Below are positions 19,256 through 27,597 of a stretch of 64,000 bases of DNA, in pieces. How positions within the stretch are numbered: the first letter of the stretch is position 1; every line of letters begins with the position of its first letter. The notes beneath the pieces were generated by a model, which saw nothing but the letters and a program-made list of their open reading frames with translations, was not told where the DNA came from and did no database searches. Location: positions 1,056,001 through 1,120,000 of the forward strand of contig OZ242221.1 of assembly GCA_965206845.1 (NCBI GenBank), written 5' to 3'. Made by a program: the position numbers and the translations under genes. Source of the stretch: Cenarchaeum sp. Its GTDB lineage: Archaea > Thermoproteota > Nitrososphaeria > Nitrososphaerales > Nitrosopumilaceae.

Positions 19256-21418
19256 GGGAATTATATAGTTAAGTGAACTGCCGGCGCCGCCACACGGCCG
19301 TGGCCTCCCGTCCCGGCCGATCATGCGGTTCGGCAGACCGGTCTTCCCGGTTCCAGACCGGCCGGCGGCTGTCCGGGTTTTTTGACGCCGACCTGCATCC
19401 CGGGGCAGGCAGGAGCCCCGGAAAGCTACGGCTTTGTTGCGCCTTTCATATAGGCAAATGCCGGATCCATACTTGGGATGCAGTCTCAGACCGATCCGGC
19501 ATTGTAAGACGAGAATTGCATTCAAAAGCGGCCAAAACCCGTCCTTTTCGGGCTTTTTGTTCCGAGAGCCGTTCATGCGCGATGCCGGCCCGGCGCCAGT
19601 GAAGGCCTGAAACGCGCCGGCAGGCGCAGCGGAAATGACGGACGTGACAGTGCGGACGGTCCGCACGGCCGGAGCGGCACCGCCATATCTCCTTTTTATA
19701 TTCGGCAGGTATTTGCATGCGGTAATGAAACCCATCATGGCAACCGCAATTGCGACAACGGTAGCGGCAACAGCAACGGCAACCGAGCCGGCACCAAAAA
19801 AGTGGTCAAAGCGCTCAATAGATGGCACCATGATGCGCACCATAAAGGTGGACTTTGATCAGTCGGCCGAGATGTCGGATCTCATATCGCGCCACATGGA
19901 CCAGCAGAGGTGGGCGTTCAACATGGCCGTCAAGGAGAAGCTGAAAGACCCCAGGACGACAAAGTTTGACCTCAACAACATGCTCACAGGATGGAGAAAC
20001 GGAAAGAAGTGGATGAATGGCGGCTTCCTTGCGCAGAGGGCCGGCCTCCTGCTGGGCTTGGACGCGGTAAAGAAGTTTATGGACTCCAACGGCAAAAAGC
20101 GCCGCAACAAGTCATTATGGAAATACCTGGCCAGGCGCCACAGGGAAAGGGAGGGCATCAATGACATCGACATCAACACAGCGCCCAACCTGCCGTCCAA
20201 CAGGTGGAGCAACAAGAGGAACAAATGGACCCACACCAATGACCTGTTCAAGAGGAAGGGGGAGCAGCTGTCCCTCTCGGTGTTCGCGAAGCCGGTGCAT
20301 AAGGGCAACAACATGGTGATGCTCCCCGACATAGGCACCGTAAAAGTGCACGGCGACGTGGAGGGGCTCGACATGCGATCCTTTCAGCTGGTGGAGACGA
20401 CGAAGAGGACCACGAAGCGCACCGAAAGCCACAACAGGACGTACAGACTCCACATCCAGATCAGGACAAAGGCGCCGGAGCCCGCGGAATCCGACACCAT
20501 ACGCGGCATCGACATGGGAATCGTCCACGGCGCCGCCACCGTCGACCTAGATACCGGCCGCCACGCGTTTCATGACCTCCCAAAGGACTGCAGGAGGGCC
20601 AAGGACGACGACCTGTCCAGGATGTACTCCGAGCTCTCACGGAAGCGCGGCGGGAGGGGCAACCGCAGGATCAGGCAGGACACCAAGGAGGGCGCGGACT
20701 GCGGGAACGGAGCCAACGATAAAGATAACGGTAACGGCGGCGGCAACACGAGCGGCAGCATCGGCAATAACAACACGCACGGCCACAAAAAAAACAAGCC
20801 GAGGAAACCAAAGTCAAGAAGCTACAAGGAACTCCAAAGGAAGATCAGGAAAAAGAGGGAAAAGCTTGCCAACCGCCAGACGAACTGGGAAAGGCACGCG
20901 TCAAAGAAGATAGCCGATGGCGCTGGCACAGTGGTCATGGAGGACTTGGACCTCGTGAACATGACTGCAAGGGCCAAGGGAAAGGGCAGCTCCGCCAAGA
21001 CCGGGCTCAACCGCGAGATGGCCTATTCCCGGCCCGGCACGTTCCAGCGCCAGATCGGGCAGGCGTGCGCGAACGCCGGGGTGACCGTCATAATGGTGGA
21101 TCCCAAGGGCACGAGCATCACATGCCACCAGTGCGGCCGCGAGGACGGGAACTCCCGCGTGTCGCAGGGCAGATTCAAATGCGCCAATGACAACTGTTAC
21201 AATGACGTCAACGCGGACATCAATGCCGCGTATAATATTGCCTCCAAGGCGAAAGCCGTGGCGGCAGGGCGGCGGGGATCGTCGTCTGAAGGCGCGAGAA
21301 GCCAGCGCGGGATTGCTCCCGCGCGTTCCGCAAACAGCACGCGAGAGCCAAGCGTGGGAGGCAATGCAAGAGCGCCAGCAAAAGACATGGGTGCTGTACA
21401 CTCATGTATATAATTCCC
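19256..21418 (+). mobile_element. Putative non-autonomous element carrying tnpB, bounded by 26-bp imperfect inverted repeats
   Basis: Left end GGGAATTATATAGTTAAGTGAACTGC; reverse complement of right end GGGAATTATATACATGAGTGTACAGC (21/26 identical, outer 12 perfect); no transposase inside. Confidence 0.6.
19725..21413 (+). CDS. tnpB: TnpB-family RNA-guided RuvC endonuclease (~562 aa)
   Basis: RuvC-I GIDMG, RuvC-II VMEDL, Zn finger TS..CHQCG...FKCANDNC, RuvC-III NADINAA; ATG 19725 lies about 25 bp after TTTTTATA. Confidence 0.9.
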   Translation: MKPIMATAIATTVAATATATEPAPKKWSKRSIDGTMMRTIKVDFDQSAEMSDLISRHMDQQRWAFNMAVKEKLKDPRTTKFDLNNMLTGWRNGKKWMNGGFLAQRAGLLLGLDAVKKFMDSNGKKRRNKSLWKYLARRHREREGINDIDINTAPNLPSNRWSNKRNKWTHTNDLFKRKGEQLSLSVFAKPVHKGNNMVMLPDIGTVKVHGDVEGLDMRSFQLVETTKRTTKRTESHNRTYRLHIQIRTKAPEPAESDTIRGIDMGIVHGAATVDLDTGRHAFHDLPKDCRRAKDDDLSRMYSELSRKRGGRGNRRIRQDTKEGADCGNGANDKDNGNGGGNTSGSIGNNNTHGHKKNKPRKPKSRSYKELQRKIRKKREKLANRQTNWERHASKKIADGAGTVVMEDLDLVNMTARAKGKGSSAKTGLNREMAYSRPGTFQRQIGQACANAGVTVIMVDPKGTSITCHQCGREDGNSRVSQGRFKCANDNCYNDVNADINAAYNIASKAKAVAAGRRGSSSEGARSQRGIAPARSANSTREPSVGGNARAPAKDMGAVHSCI

Positions 21419-21616
21419 TAGCAAAACGGGTCAAGTCCGAGGGCAGAGCGCCGTGGCGCATCCCACCGGCCATTCCTTTGGGTCGTGCAGTGCAGCAGGA
21501 TTCGCATGATGTGGCTCTGTCCGCTGCTGCCGTCCTTCCGGGATGTCCCTGCGGTTCTGTGGGGCGTCTGGTGAGGGTGCGCGCGCCAGACCGCCTGCAT
21601 GTCATGCCGGAATGGC

Positions 21617-23140
21617 CTACTGCGGCTCGATGGTGGCAGGCGGCTTGCTTGAGATCGTGTATGTCACCCAGGTCACGTCCTCGATCTCGTTGGTGATCCT
21701 GTTGCTGATCCTCTCAAGGGTCTCATGGGAGAGCCGCGTCCAGTCGGCGGTCATGGCGTCGACCGAGTTGACTACCCGGACCATCACTATGCTTCCGTAC
21801 CTCCTCTCGTCGCCGACCACCCCCACCGCCCTGTCGTCTCCCACGGCGGCGTACGCCTGCCACACGTCATCATAGACGCCTGCCTCCAGGAGCACATCCT
21901 CCACTATCCTGCTGGCGGTCCTTGCCACCCGGAGCTTTGCCGGGGTCACCTCCCCGATGATCCGCACCGCCAGGCCGGGGCCGGGGAACGGGTGCCTCCT
22001 GACTATCCTGTCAGGCACGCCCAGGATCCTTGCAACCTCCCTCACCTCGTCCTTGTAGAGGTTCCTCAGCGGCTCCAGCACCTTAAGATCCAGCCAGTCG
22101 GGCAGCCCGCCCACGTTGTGGTGCGATTTTATCACCGCCGCGGGGCCCTTTGACACCCCGCTCTCGATCACGTCCGGGTACAGCGTTCCCTGGGCCAGCC
22201 AGGAGAACGGCCCGTTCCTCTCTGCAAACTCCGAGAAGACTCTGACAAACTCCTCTCCCACCGCCTTACGCTTGGCCTCGGGGTCTGCAACCCCCCTCAG
22301 TCCCTCGAGAAACCTCTCGGCGGCGGAGACCGCCGTAAAGTTCACGTGAAAGTTATCCCGGAAGATCGCCTCGATCTCGTCCCCCTCGTCCTGCCGGAGC
22401 AGCCCGTTGTCGATGAAGACCCCATGCAGTCGATCCCCGATCGCCCTGTGAATCAGCAGCGCGGCGACAGTCGAGTCTATCCCGCCGCTTACCCCGCACA
22501 GGACGCGGCCCTGGATCCCCGATATCTCGCCCACCGCGCGATCCACAAACGCCTCCATGGTCCAGTCCTGCCGGGCCCCGCATATCTTCAACACAAAATT
22601 CTTCAGGATCTCCGTGCCCTTCTGTGTGTGGACCACCTCCGGATGGAACTGTATCCCATAGACTGGCCTGTCGGTGCCTGCGATTGCGGCGGCCCTTGCG
22701 TTGCTTGTGTGGCCTATGATCTGAAATCCCGGGGGGATCTGCTCGGCCTCGTCGCCGTGGCTCATCCATGCCCGGACAGACCGGCCGATGCCGCCCAGCA
22801 GGCTCCCGTCGTCATCCACCGTGAGCAGCGACGAGCCGTACTCCCGGTTTGCCCTCTTTACCCTGCCTCCAAACCTGTCCACTATGACCTGGTGCCCGTA
22901 GCATATTCCAAGGACCGGAAGCCCCAGGTCAAATATCCCTGCCGCGGGGACGGGCGCATCGGCGCTGTAGACGCTGGACGGGCCTCCCGAGAGTATTATC
23001 CCCCTGGGGTTGCGCCCCTCCAGCTCCCCTAGCGTGATGTCGTAGGGGACCAGCTCAGCATACACCGAGAATTCCCGGATCCTTCTGCATATGAGGTGGC
23101 TGTACTGCGAGCCAAAGTCCAGGACCACTATTCTGTCCAT
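21617..23140 (-). CDS. guaA: GMP synthase (glutamine-hydrolysing, fused)
   Basis: LDFGSQY, GICYG, QFHPEV, SGGIDS, KSHHNVGG, KPPATIE. Confidence 0.97.
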   Translation of the reverse strand: MDRIVVLDFGSQYSHLICRRIREFSVYAELVPYDITLGELEGRNPRGIILSGGPSSVYSADAPVPAAGIFDLGLPVLGICYGHQVIVDRFGGRVKRANREYGSSLLTVDDDGSLLGGIGRSVRAWMSHGDEAEQIPPGFQIIGHTSNARAAAIAGTDRPVYGIQFHPEVVHTQKGTEILKNFVLKICGARQDWTMEAFVDRAVGEISGIQGRVLCGVSGGIDSTVAALLIHRAIGDRLHGVFIDNGLLRQDEGDEIEAIFRDNFHVNFTAVSAAERFLEGLRGVADPEAKRKAVGEEFVRVFSEFAERNGPFSWLAQGTLYPDVIESGVSKGPAAVIKSHHNVGGLPDWLDLKVLEPLRNLYKDEVREVARILGVPDRIVRRHPFPGPGLAVRIIGEVTPAKLRVARTASRIVEDVLLEAGVYDDVWQAYAAVGDDRAVGVVGDERRYGSIVMVRVVNSVDAMTADWTRLSHETLERISNRITNEIEDVTWVTYTISSKPPATIEPQ

Positions 23141-23144
23141 GCGA

Positions 23145-23735
23145 TCACTCGATCTTTTCCAGCATGCGCGAGAGTGTCCAGCCGATGGAGCTCCTGATCT
23201 CCTTGGCCCGGTCCTTGGTGCGGTAGTTTCTGACTATGATCCGGCGGAGCTCGCCGCCGTCCTGCTCAAGCAGGCACTCGATCGCCGCGCCCTCCGCGGC
23301 CTGCTCGTCCTTTCTCTTCATGTCGCCTATGATCCTGTCCAGGAAGAATGTCTTCAGGGGCGGGATGTCGGCCTTGAGGCCCAGTCCGCCCTCCAAGGTG
23401 ATGGCTATCTCGTCTGCTGCGGTGTCAAATCTGGCAAGCCTCTTGCCGCCCCGATCTCTTCTGATGAACTCCCGGTCCGACCCGGGCGCCGGTTCCTTTG
23501 GCGGCCGCGTCCCGGCAGTGTCAGAGCCCCCCGGGGCCGGATCCGGCCCGGCTGGCGTGGGCGCCGGCACCTTTAGCGATGATGCTCTGGTGTAGCTGGA
23601 ACTCTTCAGGATCAGATCCAGAACGTGGATGTGTCTTCTGGCATACTCAAGCCTCTCCTCGAGCTTCTCGGCCTCCAGCGTGATGCGCTCCCGAAGCTCC
23701 AGCACGTCCTTCATCTCCTCATCGGGATACTGCAT
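23145..23735 (-). CDS. Conserved hypothetical protein (N-terminal coiled coil, Pro-rich linker)
   Basis: Clean ORF directly upstream of guaA with a TATA-like box; no recognisable motif. Confidence 0.7.
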   Translation of the reverse strand: MQYPDEEMKDVLELRERITLEAEKLEERLEYARRHIHVLDLILKSSSYTRASSLKVPAPTPAGPDPAPGGSDTAGTRPPKEPAPGSDREFIRRDRGGKRLARFDTAADEIAITLEGGLGLKADIPPLKTFFLDRIIGDMKRKDEQAAEGAAIECLLEQDGGELRRIIVRNYRTKDRAKEIRSSIGWTLSRMLEKIE

Positions 23736-23767
23736 GGTGTTACTGTATGTAATTCCCTATTAAAACG

Positions 23768-24496
23768 CTAAAGGACGCTCCGGATCTCCCCGTAGCCGAT
23801 CTTCCTGATTCCCGGCAGGGCCCTTGACGTGGTGCAGATCTCGGCTCTGGACTGCGACGCAAGCCACACCAGAAGATCCTGCGCCGTTCGCATCTTTCTC
23901 AGCTTGACTGGCCTGTCGCGCCTGCGGGTGAACGAGTACCGGCCGATCCTGTCCCCAAAGTCCATGCCCAGCAGGATGATCCTCCTTGCCCCAAAGTGCT
24001 CCGCAAGAAACACGGCCCTGTCCCCGTCGGTAAACCCGCCAAAGTTGTGTATCTTGCCTTGCTCTGTTGCCTGGGTGGTCCCGATACACCTTGTTAGGTT
24101 CTTGACAAAACCCAGCCTGTCGATGTTGTCGCCGTGGGCGTGGACCACGAATATGGTGTCCCTGTCTGCCACCCTCAGGGCCTCCAGGTCACCGTCAAGG
24201 TCAGTCACCACCACGTCTGCCCCGATGCCGTTGCCCGTCAGGGCGGCCAGCACCCCGTCGGCCGCAATCCTGGGGATGTCCAGGAACTCCTTCAGGGGCG
24301 CCATGGCACGGTGCAGTGACGGGCCGGCCCCTACCACAAACACTACCCTGTCCTCTATTGCGTCTGCCAGCAGCCGTACCGGCGTGTGTGTCCCGATGGC
24401 CGCATCAAGTACGCGCGCCGCCCTGACGTCCTGTCCCTCATCATACCCGAACTCCCTTAGGATCTTCAGATACTTGCTGCGCCAACCCGGTACCAT
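23768..24496 (-). CDS. mptE: 6-hydroxymethyl-7,8-dihydropterin pyrophosphokinase (archaeal)
   Basis: GAGPS, AADG, VVTDLDG, HAHGDN, NFGGFTDGDRA, GMDFG. Confidence 0.9.
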   Translation of the reverse strand: MVPGWRSKYLKILREFGYDEGQDVRAARVLDAAIGTHTPVRLLADAIEDRVVFVVGAGPSLHRAMAPLKEFLDIPRIAADGVLAALTGNGIGADVVVTDLDGDLEALRVADRDTIFVVHAHGDNIDRLGFVKNLTRCIGTTQATEQGKIHNFGGFTDGDRAVFLAEHFGARRIILLGMDFGDRIGRYSFTRRRDRPVKLRKMRTAQDLLVWLASQSRAEICTTSRALPGIRKIGYGEIRSVL

Positions 24497-24530
24497 ACAA
24501 CTCAAATTGGTTTACCTTCCCATAAACTGT

Positions 24531-25379
24531 ATGCACACCCTGGGTGGAGTGCGAATCGGCGGCACCGCGCCGGTGCGCATAATGGGCATCCTCAATGTCA
24601 GCCCCGAGTCGTTCATGAAGAGCTCCGTGAGCTCCGCGGCCGGATCGATTGCCGCAGCGGCGGTGCGCATGGAGGATGAGGGGGCCGACTTCATCGATGT
24701 CGGCGGCATGTCGACTGCGCCATGCGCCGGGATCGCGATATCCCAGGACGAGGAGGTACGCAGGGTGACGCAGGCCATCAGGACAGTCCAGGACGTCTCC
24801 TCACTTCCAATATCCGTGGACACGCCGAGATCCGCGGTGGCAGAGGAGGCCCTGGATGCGGGAGCCGTGATCCTCAACGACATCACGGGCCTGCAGTACG
24901 ACTGGGGCATGGCAGACGTGATAGAGAGATACCTGCCCTCGCTCATCCTGTGCGCCCACAGCCCTCTGCCGCTGCGGGGGAACCCGGTGTCCCATGCGCG
25001 GCTCCTCCTGCGGGGCAGCGTGGATGCGGCAGAGGAGGCGGGCGCGGATCCGCGCACCATATCCGTGGATCCTGCCATCGGGTTCTTCCGCAGGCGGCGC
25101 GGGAGGTTCTTTACCCGGACCGATCTGGACTGGGTGCGCAGGGACATCCTTGTGCTTCAGAACCTGCAGGGGATCAAGCAGGATCTTCCCGTCACGGTGT
25201 CGGTCTCAAACAAGTCGTTCATAGGCAGGCTGATGGGGGCGCCGGATCCCGCAGACCGCCTCCCGGGATCCCTGGCGTTTGAGGCGATGTCGGTTCTGAT
25301 GGGCGCCGACGTGGTGCGGACCCACAATGTTGCCCAGACCCGGGAGGCGGTGCGCACCGCAGAGCGGATGCGCCGCTAG
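24531..25379 (+). CDS. folP: Dihydropteroate synthase
   Basis: IMGILNVSPESF, IDVGGMST, ISVDT, DPAIGF, SNKSFIG, VRTHNV. Confidence 0.92.
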   Translation: MHTLGGVRIGGTAPVRIMGILNVSPESFMKSSVSSAAGSIAAAAVRMEDEGADFIDVGGMSTAPCAGIAISQDEEVRRVTQAIRTVQDVSSLPISVDTPRSAVAEEALDAGAVILNDITGLQYDWGMADVIERYLPSLILCAHSPLPLRGNPVSHARLLLRGSVDAAEEAGADPRTISVDPAIGFFRRRRGRFFTRTDLDWVRRDILVLQNLQGIKQDLPVTVSVSNKSFIGRLMGAPDPADRLPGSLAFEAMSVLMGADVVRTHNVAQTREAVRTAERMRR

Positions 25380-25469
25380 GAGCGCGCCCTGCGGGGGAGG
25401 CACCCGCGCCCCGGCGAGTGCGCCGGGACTGGCCGGGGAGCCCCAGCACGCCGGATCCCTGCAGCACAC

Positions 25470-26312
25470 TCAGATCGCAAACCTGCACACCTCGATCCAT
25501 CCGCTCTCCCTTGTCTTGAAGATCGCATTGCCTGATGTCCTGTCCTTCTCCATCCTCATCATGTCGTAGTGCTGCACAAGCGCGCCGCCGAGACTCTCTA
25601 CGCGCGCCGTTATCTCCCTGACGTCATACCTGGTGATGTAGATTAGGCCGGAATCGGCGGCAATCAGGTCAAACGGATACTGTGCTATGTGGTTCCTCTC
25701 CTTTGCGATCGCCTCCGACGGAACCAGGTACTCCATGATGACCTGGTTTGTGTTGGTTCCGGTTCTGAACCTGCCGATCACGTCCCAGAGAATGTAAGGT
25801 GGCAGGTAGTAGGATATTCCCTCAAATATGACAGTCGAGGGCTCGTCGGGGCGCCATCCCTGCTCGACTAGACCCGGTATGATCGTATCCGTACTGTACA
25901 TGTTTGTCGTGATGCACCGGATATGATCCGCGATGGAGGGATCCATGGATCGCATCAGGCTGCTCTTCTCGTCCATGTTCTTGATGTCGATCTCAAAAAC
26001 CCTGCACCGGCCCTGTCGCGCATGTATCTCCAGCGAGAGCGCGTCAAACCCGGCTCCGAATATCACGACCTGCTCGATCCCGCCCTCCGCCGCGGCCAGG
26101 CGCTCCAGTCCGAGTATGCACGACTTTCTGTTCTTTACGATCTGGTCGTAGTGTGTCCAGTATCTGGCAAGCTTTACGTGGAGCCACCTGCCCGAGTCCA
26201 GGTTCAGCATGCCAAGAAACCTCCTTGCAAGGGGACTTGTGTGCACCCGGCCTTCTGCCAGCAGGATTACCGCCGCGGAGGTGGATGAGATGTTCTCTGC
26301 CTTCAACTGCAA
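25470..26312 (-). CDS. Class I SAM-dependent methyltransferase (leucine carboxyl methyltransferase-like)
   Basis: QVVIFGAGFD, FEID, IFEGISYYL; start codon uncertain (TTG at 26312 chosen). Confidence 0.8.
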   Translation of the reverse strand: MQLKAENISSTSAAVILLAEGRVHTSPLARRFLGMLNLDSGRWLHVKLARYWTHYDQIVKNRKSCILGLERLAAAEGGIEQVVIFGAGFDALSLEIHARQGRCRVFEIDIKNMDEKSSLMRSMDPSIADHIRCITTNMYSTDTIIPGLVEQGWRPDEPSTVIFEGISYYLPPYILWDVIGRFRTGTNTNQVIMEYLVPSEAIAKERNHIAQYPFDLIAADSGLIYITRYDVREITARVESLGGALVQHYDMMRMEKDRTSGNAIFKTRESGWIEVCRFAI

Positions 26313-26591
26313 CCAGTTGTTGCTGGTATCTACGGCTCTTTCTAGTTTGCCATGCGATCCGGCGGCCCTGCCACGATCCGGCAGTGCAGGGGCGGATCCC
26401 TTCGCATCCGGCGGATGCCGATCCCAGGCTACTGGGGGGCTCCTGTCCCTGCAGGGGATCGCGCCTCCCCCCATCAGGGGGCGGAGGATCGTGCGTCTCA
26501 GGTGGCTGCTGCGCCCGGTCCGGTGTGGCAGGAGGCCTCGAGTCCCGCATCCATCCCACAATTTAAATAATAAATTGCATTGGTGCATATC

Positions 26592-26807
26592 ATGTTACAG
26601 CCAAGAGGGGCGACCGTATCAAAGTTCTCCGTTCCCGTGCCTGCAATCCTGGTGCTGGCGATAGTCTTTGTTGTCGGCCTGTTTCTTGTGGGGTTCGATC
26701 AGGGCCACGCACTCAGCATAATTCAGGGCCCTGACGCCTTTGAAGAGAACTTACTGCACGAACTGTTCCACGACACGCGACACGCTGCAGGTTTCCCCTG
26801 TCACTAG
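26592..26807 (+). CDS. cbtB: Cobalt transporter subunit CbtB
   Basis: Single TM helix followed by HELFHDTRHAAGFPCH, the CbtB signature. Confidence 0.9.
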   Translation: MLQPRGATVSKFSVPVPAILVLAIVFVVGLFLVGFDQGHALSIIQGPDAFEENLLHELFHDTRHAAGFPCH

Positions 26808-26813
26808 CAGACC

Positions 26814-27539
26814 ATGAGATCAACCATTTTTATCATTATTGTGCTACTGTCGGGCGCCGCTGCTGGCGCCATTCACGGCACGGTAAACCTGGCGATAGTC
26901 GAGCCGTACCTGGATCGGGCCACAAGCATAGAGAACCAGAACCTCTTTGCCGCAGACGAGGCGGACGACACGTTGGAGTTCTGGGTCGAGTACGACTCGT
27001 ACAGGTACTGGCAGAAGGGCGGCCAGGTTCTGGCCAGCGTCATCCTGGGCACCTCCACCGGCGCCCTGTTTGGCATAGTCTACGCCCTCTCCAGGAAGTC
27101 CATTCCCGGGGATCACGACATCCGAAAGGCGCTGGTCTTGGCGGGTGTCATGTGGCTGGCGGTGTTTCTGATACCGTTCCTCAAGTACCCCGCAAACCCG
27201 CCCACGGTGGGTGACGGTGACACCGTGGTGCTGCGCGGGGCCCTGTACTTGGCGTTTATAGCAATCTCCGGGCTCTCGGCTCTGGGCTTTTGCATGCTCT
27301 CAAGGAGGCTGCGGGGTTCCCGCAAGCTGCTGGCCGCTGCGGGGTACGGCATCCTTGTGGGCGCCGTGTTTGTCGCAATGCCAGACAATCCAGACGAGAC
27401 GACGGCCCCTGCCGATCTGGTGGACGGCTTTCGCATAATGTCTGTGGTGGCAGTCTCCAGCTACTGGCTTGTCCTGCCGCTGATTCTGGGCTCGCTCTGG
27501 AACAAGCTCCGGCCGGACAGGCCGCTCGCCACCACGTAG
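26814..27539 (+). CDS. cbtA: Cobalt transporter subunit CbtA
   Basis: EP.LDRA..IE, PFLKYPANPP.VG, multiple TM helices; follows cbtB. Confidence 0.9.
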   Translation: MRSTIFIIIVLLSGAAAGAIHGTVNLAIVEPYLDRATSIENQNLFAADEADDTLEFWVEYDSYRYWQKGGQVLASVILGTSTGALFGIVYALSRKSIPGDHDIRKALVLAGVMWLAVFLIPFLKYPANPPTVGDGDTVVLRGALYLAFIAISGLSALGFCMLSRRLRGSRKLLAAAGYGILVGAVFVAMPDNPDETTAPADLVDGFRIMSVVAVSSYWLVLPLILGSLWNKLRPDRPLATT

Positions 27540-27597
27540 CCCGGGTGCGGCCGCATCTCCGAAAGTAATTAAATGATCTGCGGGCATCCTGTCGGTA

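Noticed and set aside
19030-21620. TnpB as a Cas12 with an adjacent CRISPR array
   Set aside because: No regularly spaced direct repeats are visible on either side.
23745-23768. ATGTAATTCCCTATTAAAACG resembling the right end of the TnpB element
   Set aside because: Short AT-rich partial match that coincides with the TATA region of the 23145-23735 gene; probably chance. It is a reminder that the TnpB repeat core needs confirming with other copies.
26345-26590. Canonical cobalamin riboswitch upstream of cbtBA
   Set aside because: The conserved GGGAA and B12-box motifs were not found, and the TATA box lies downstream of the structure.
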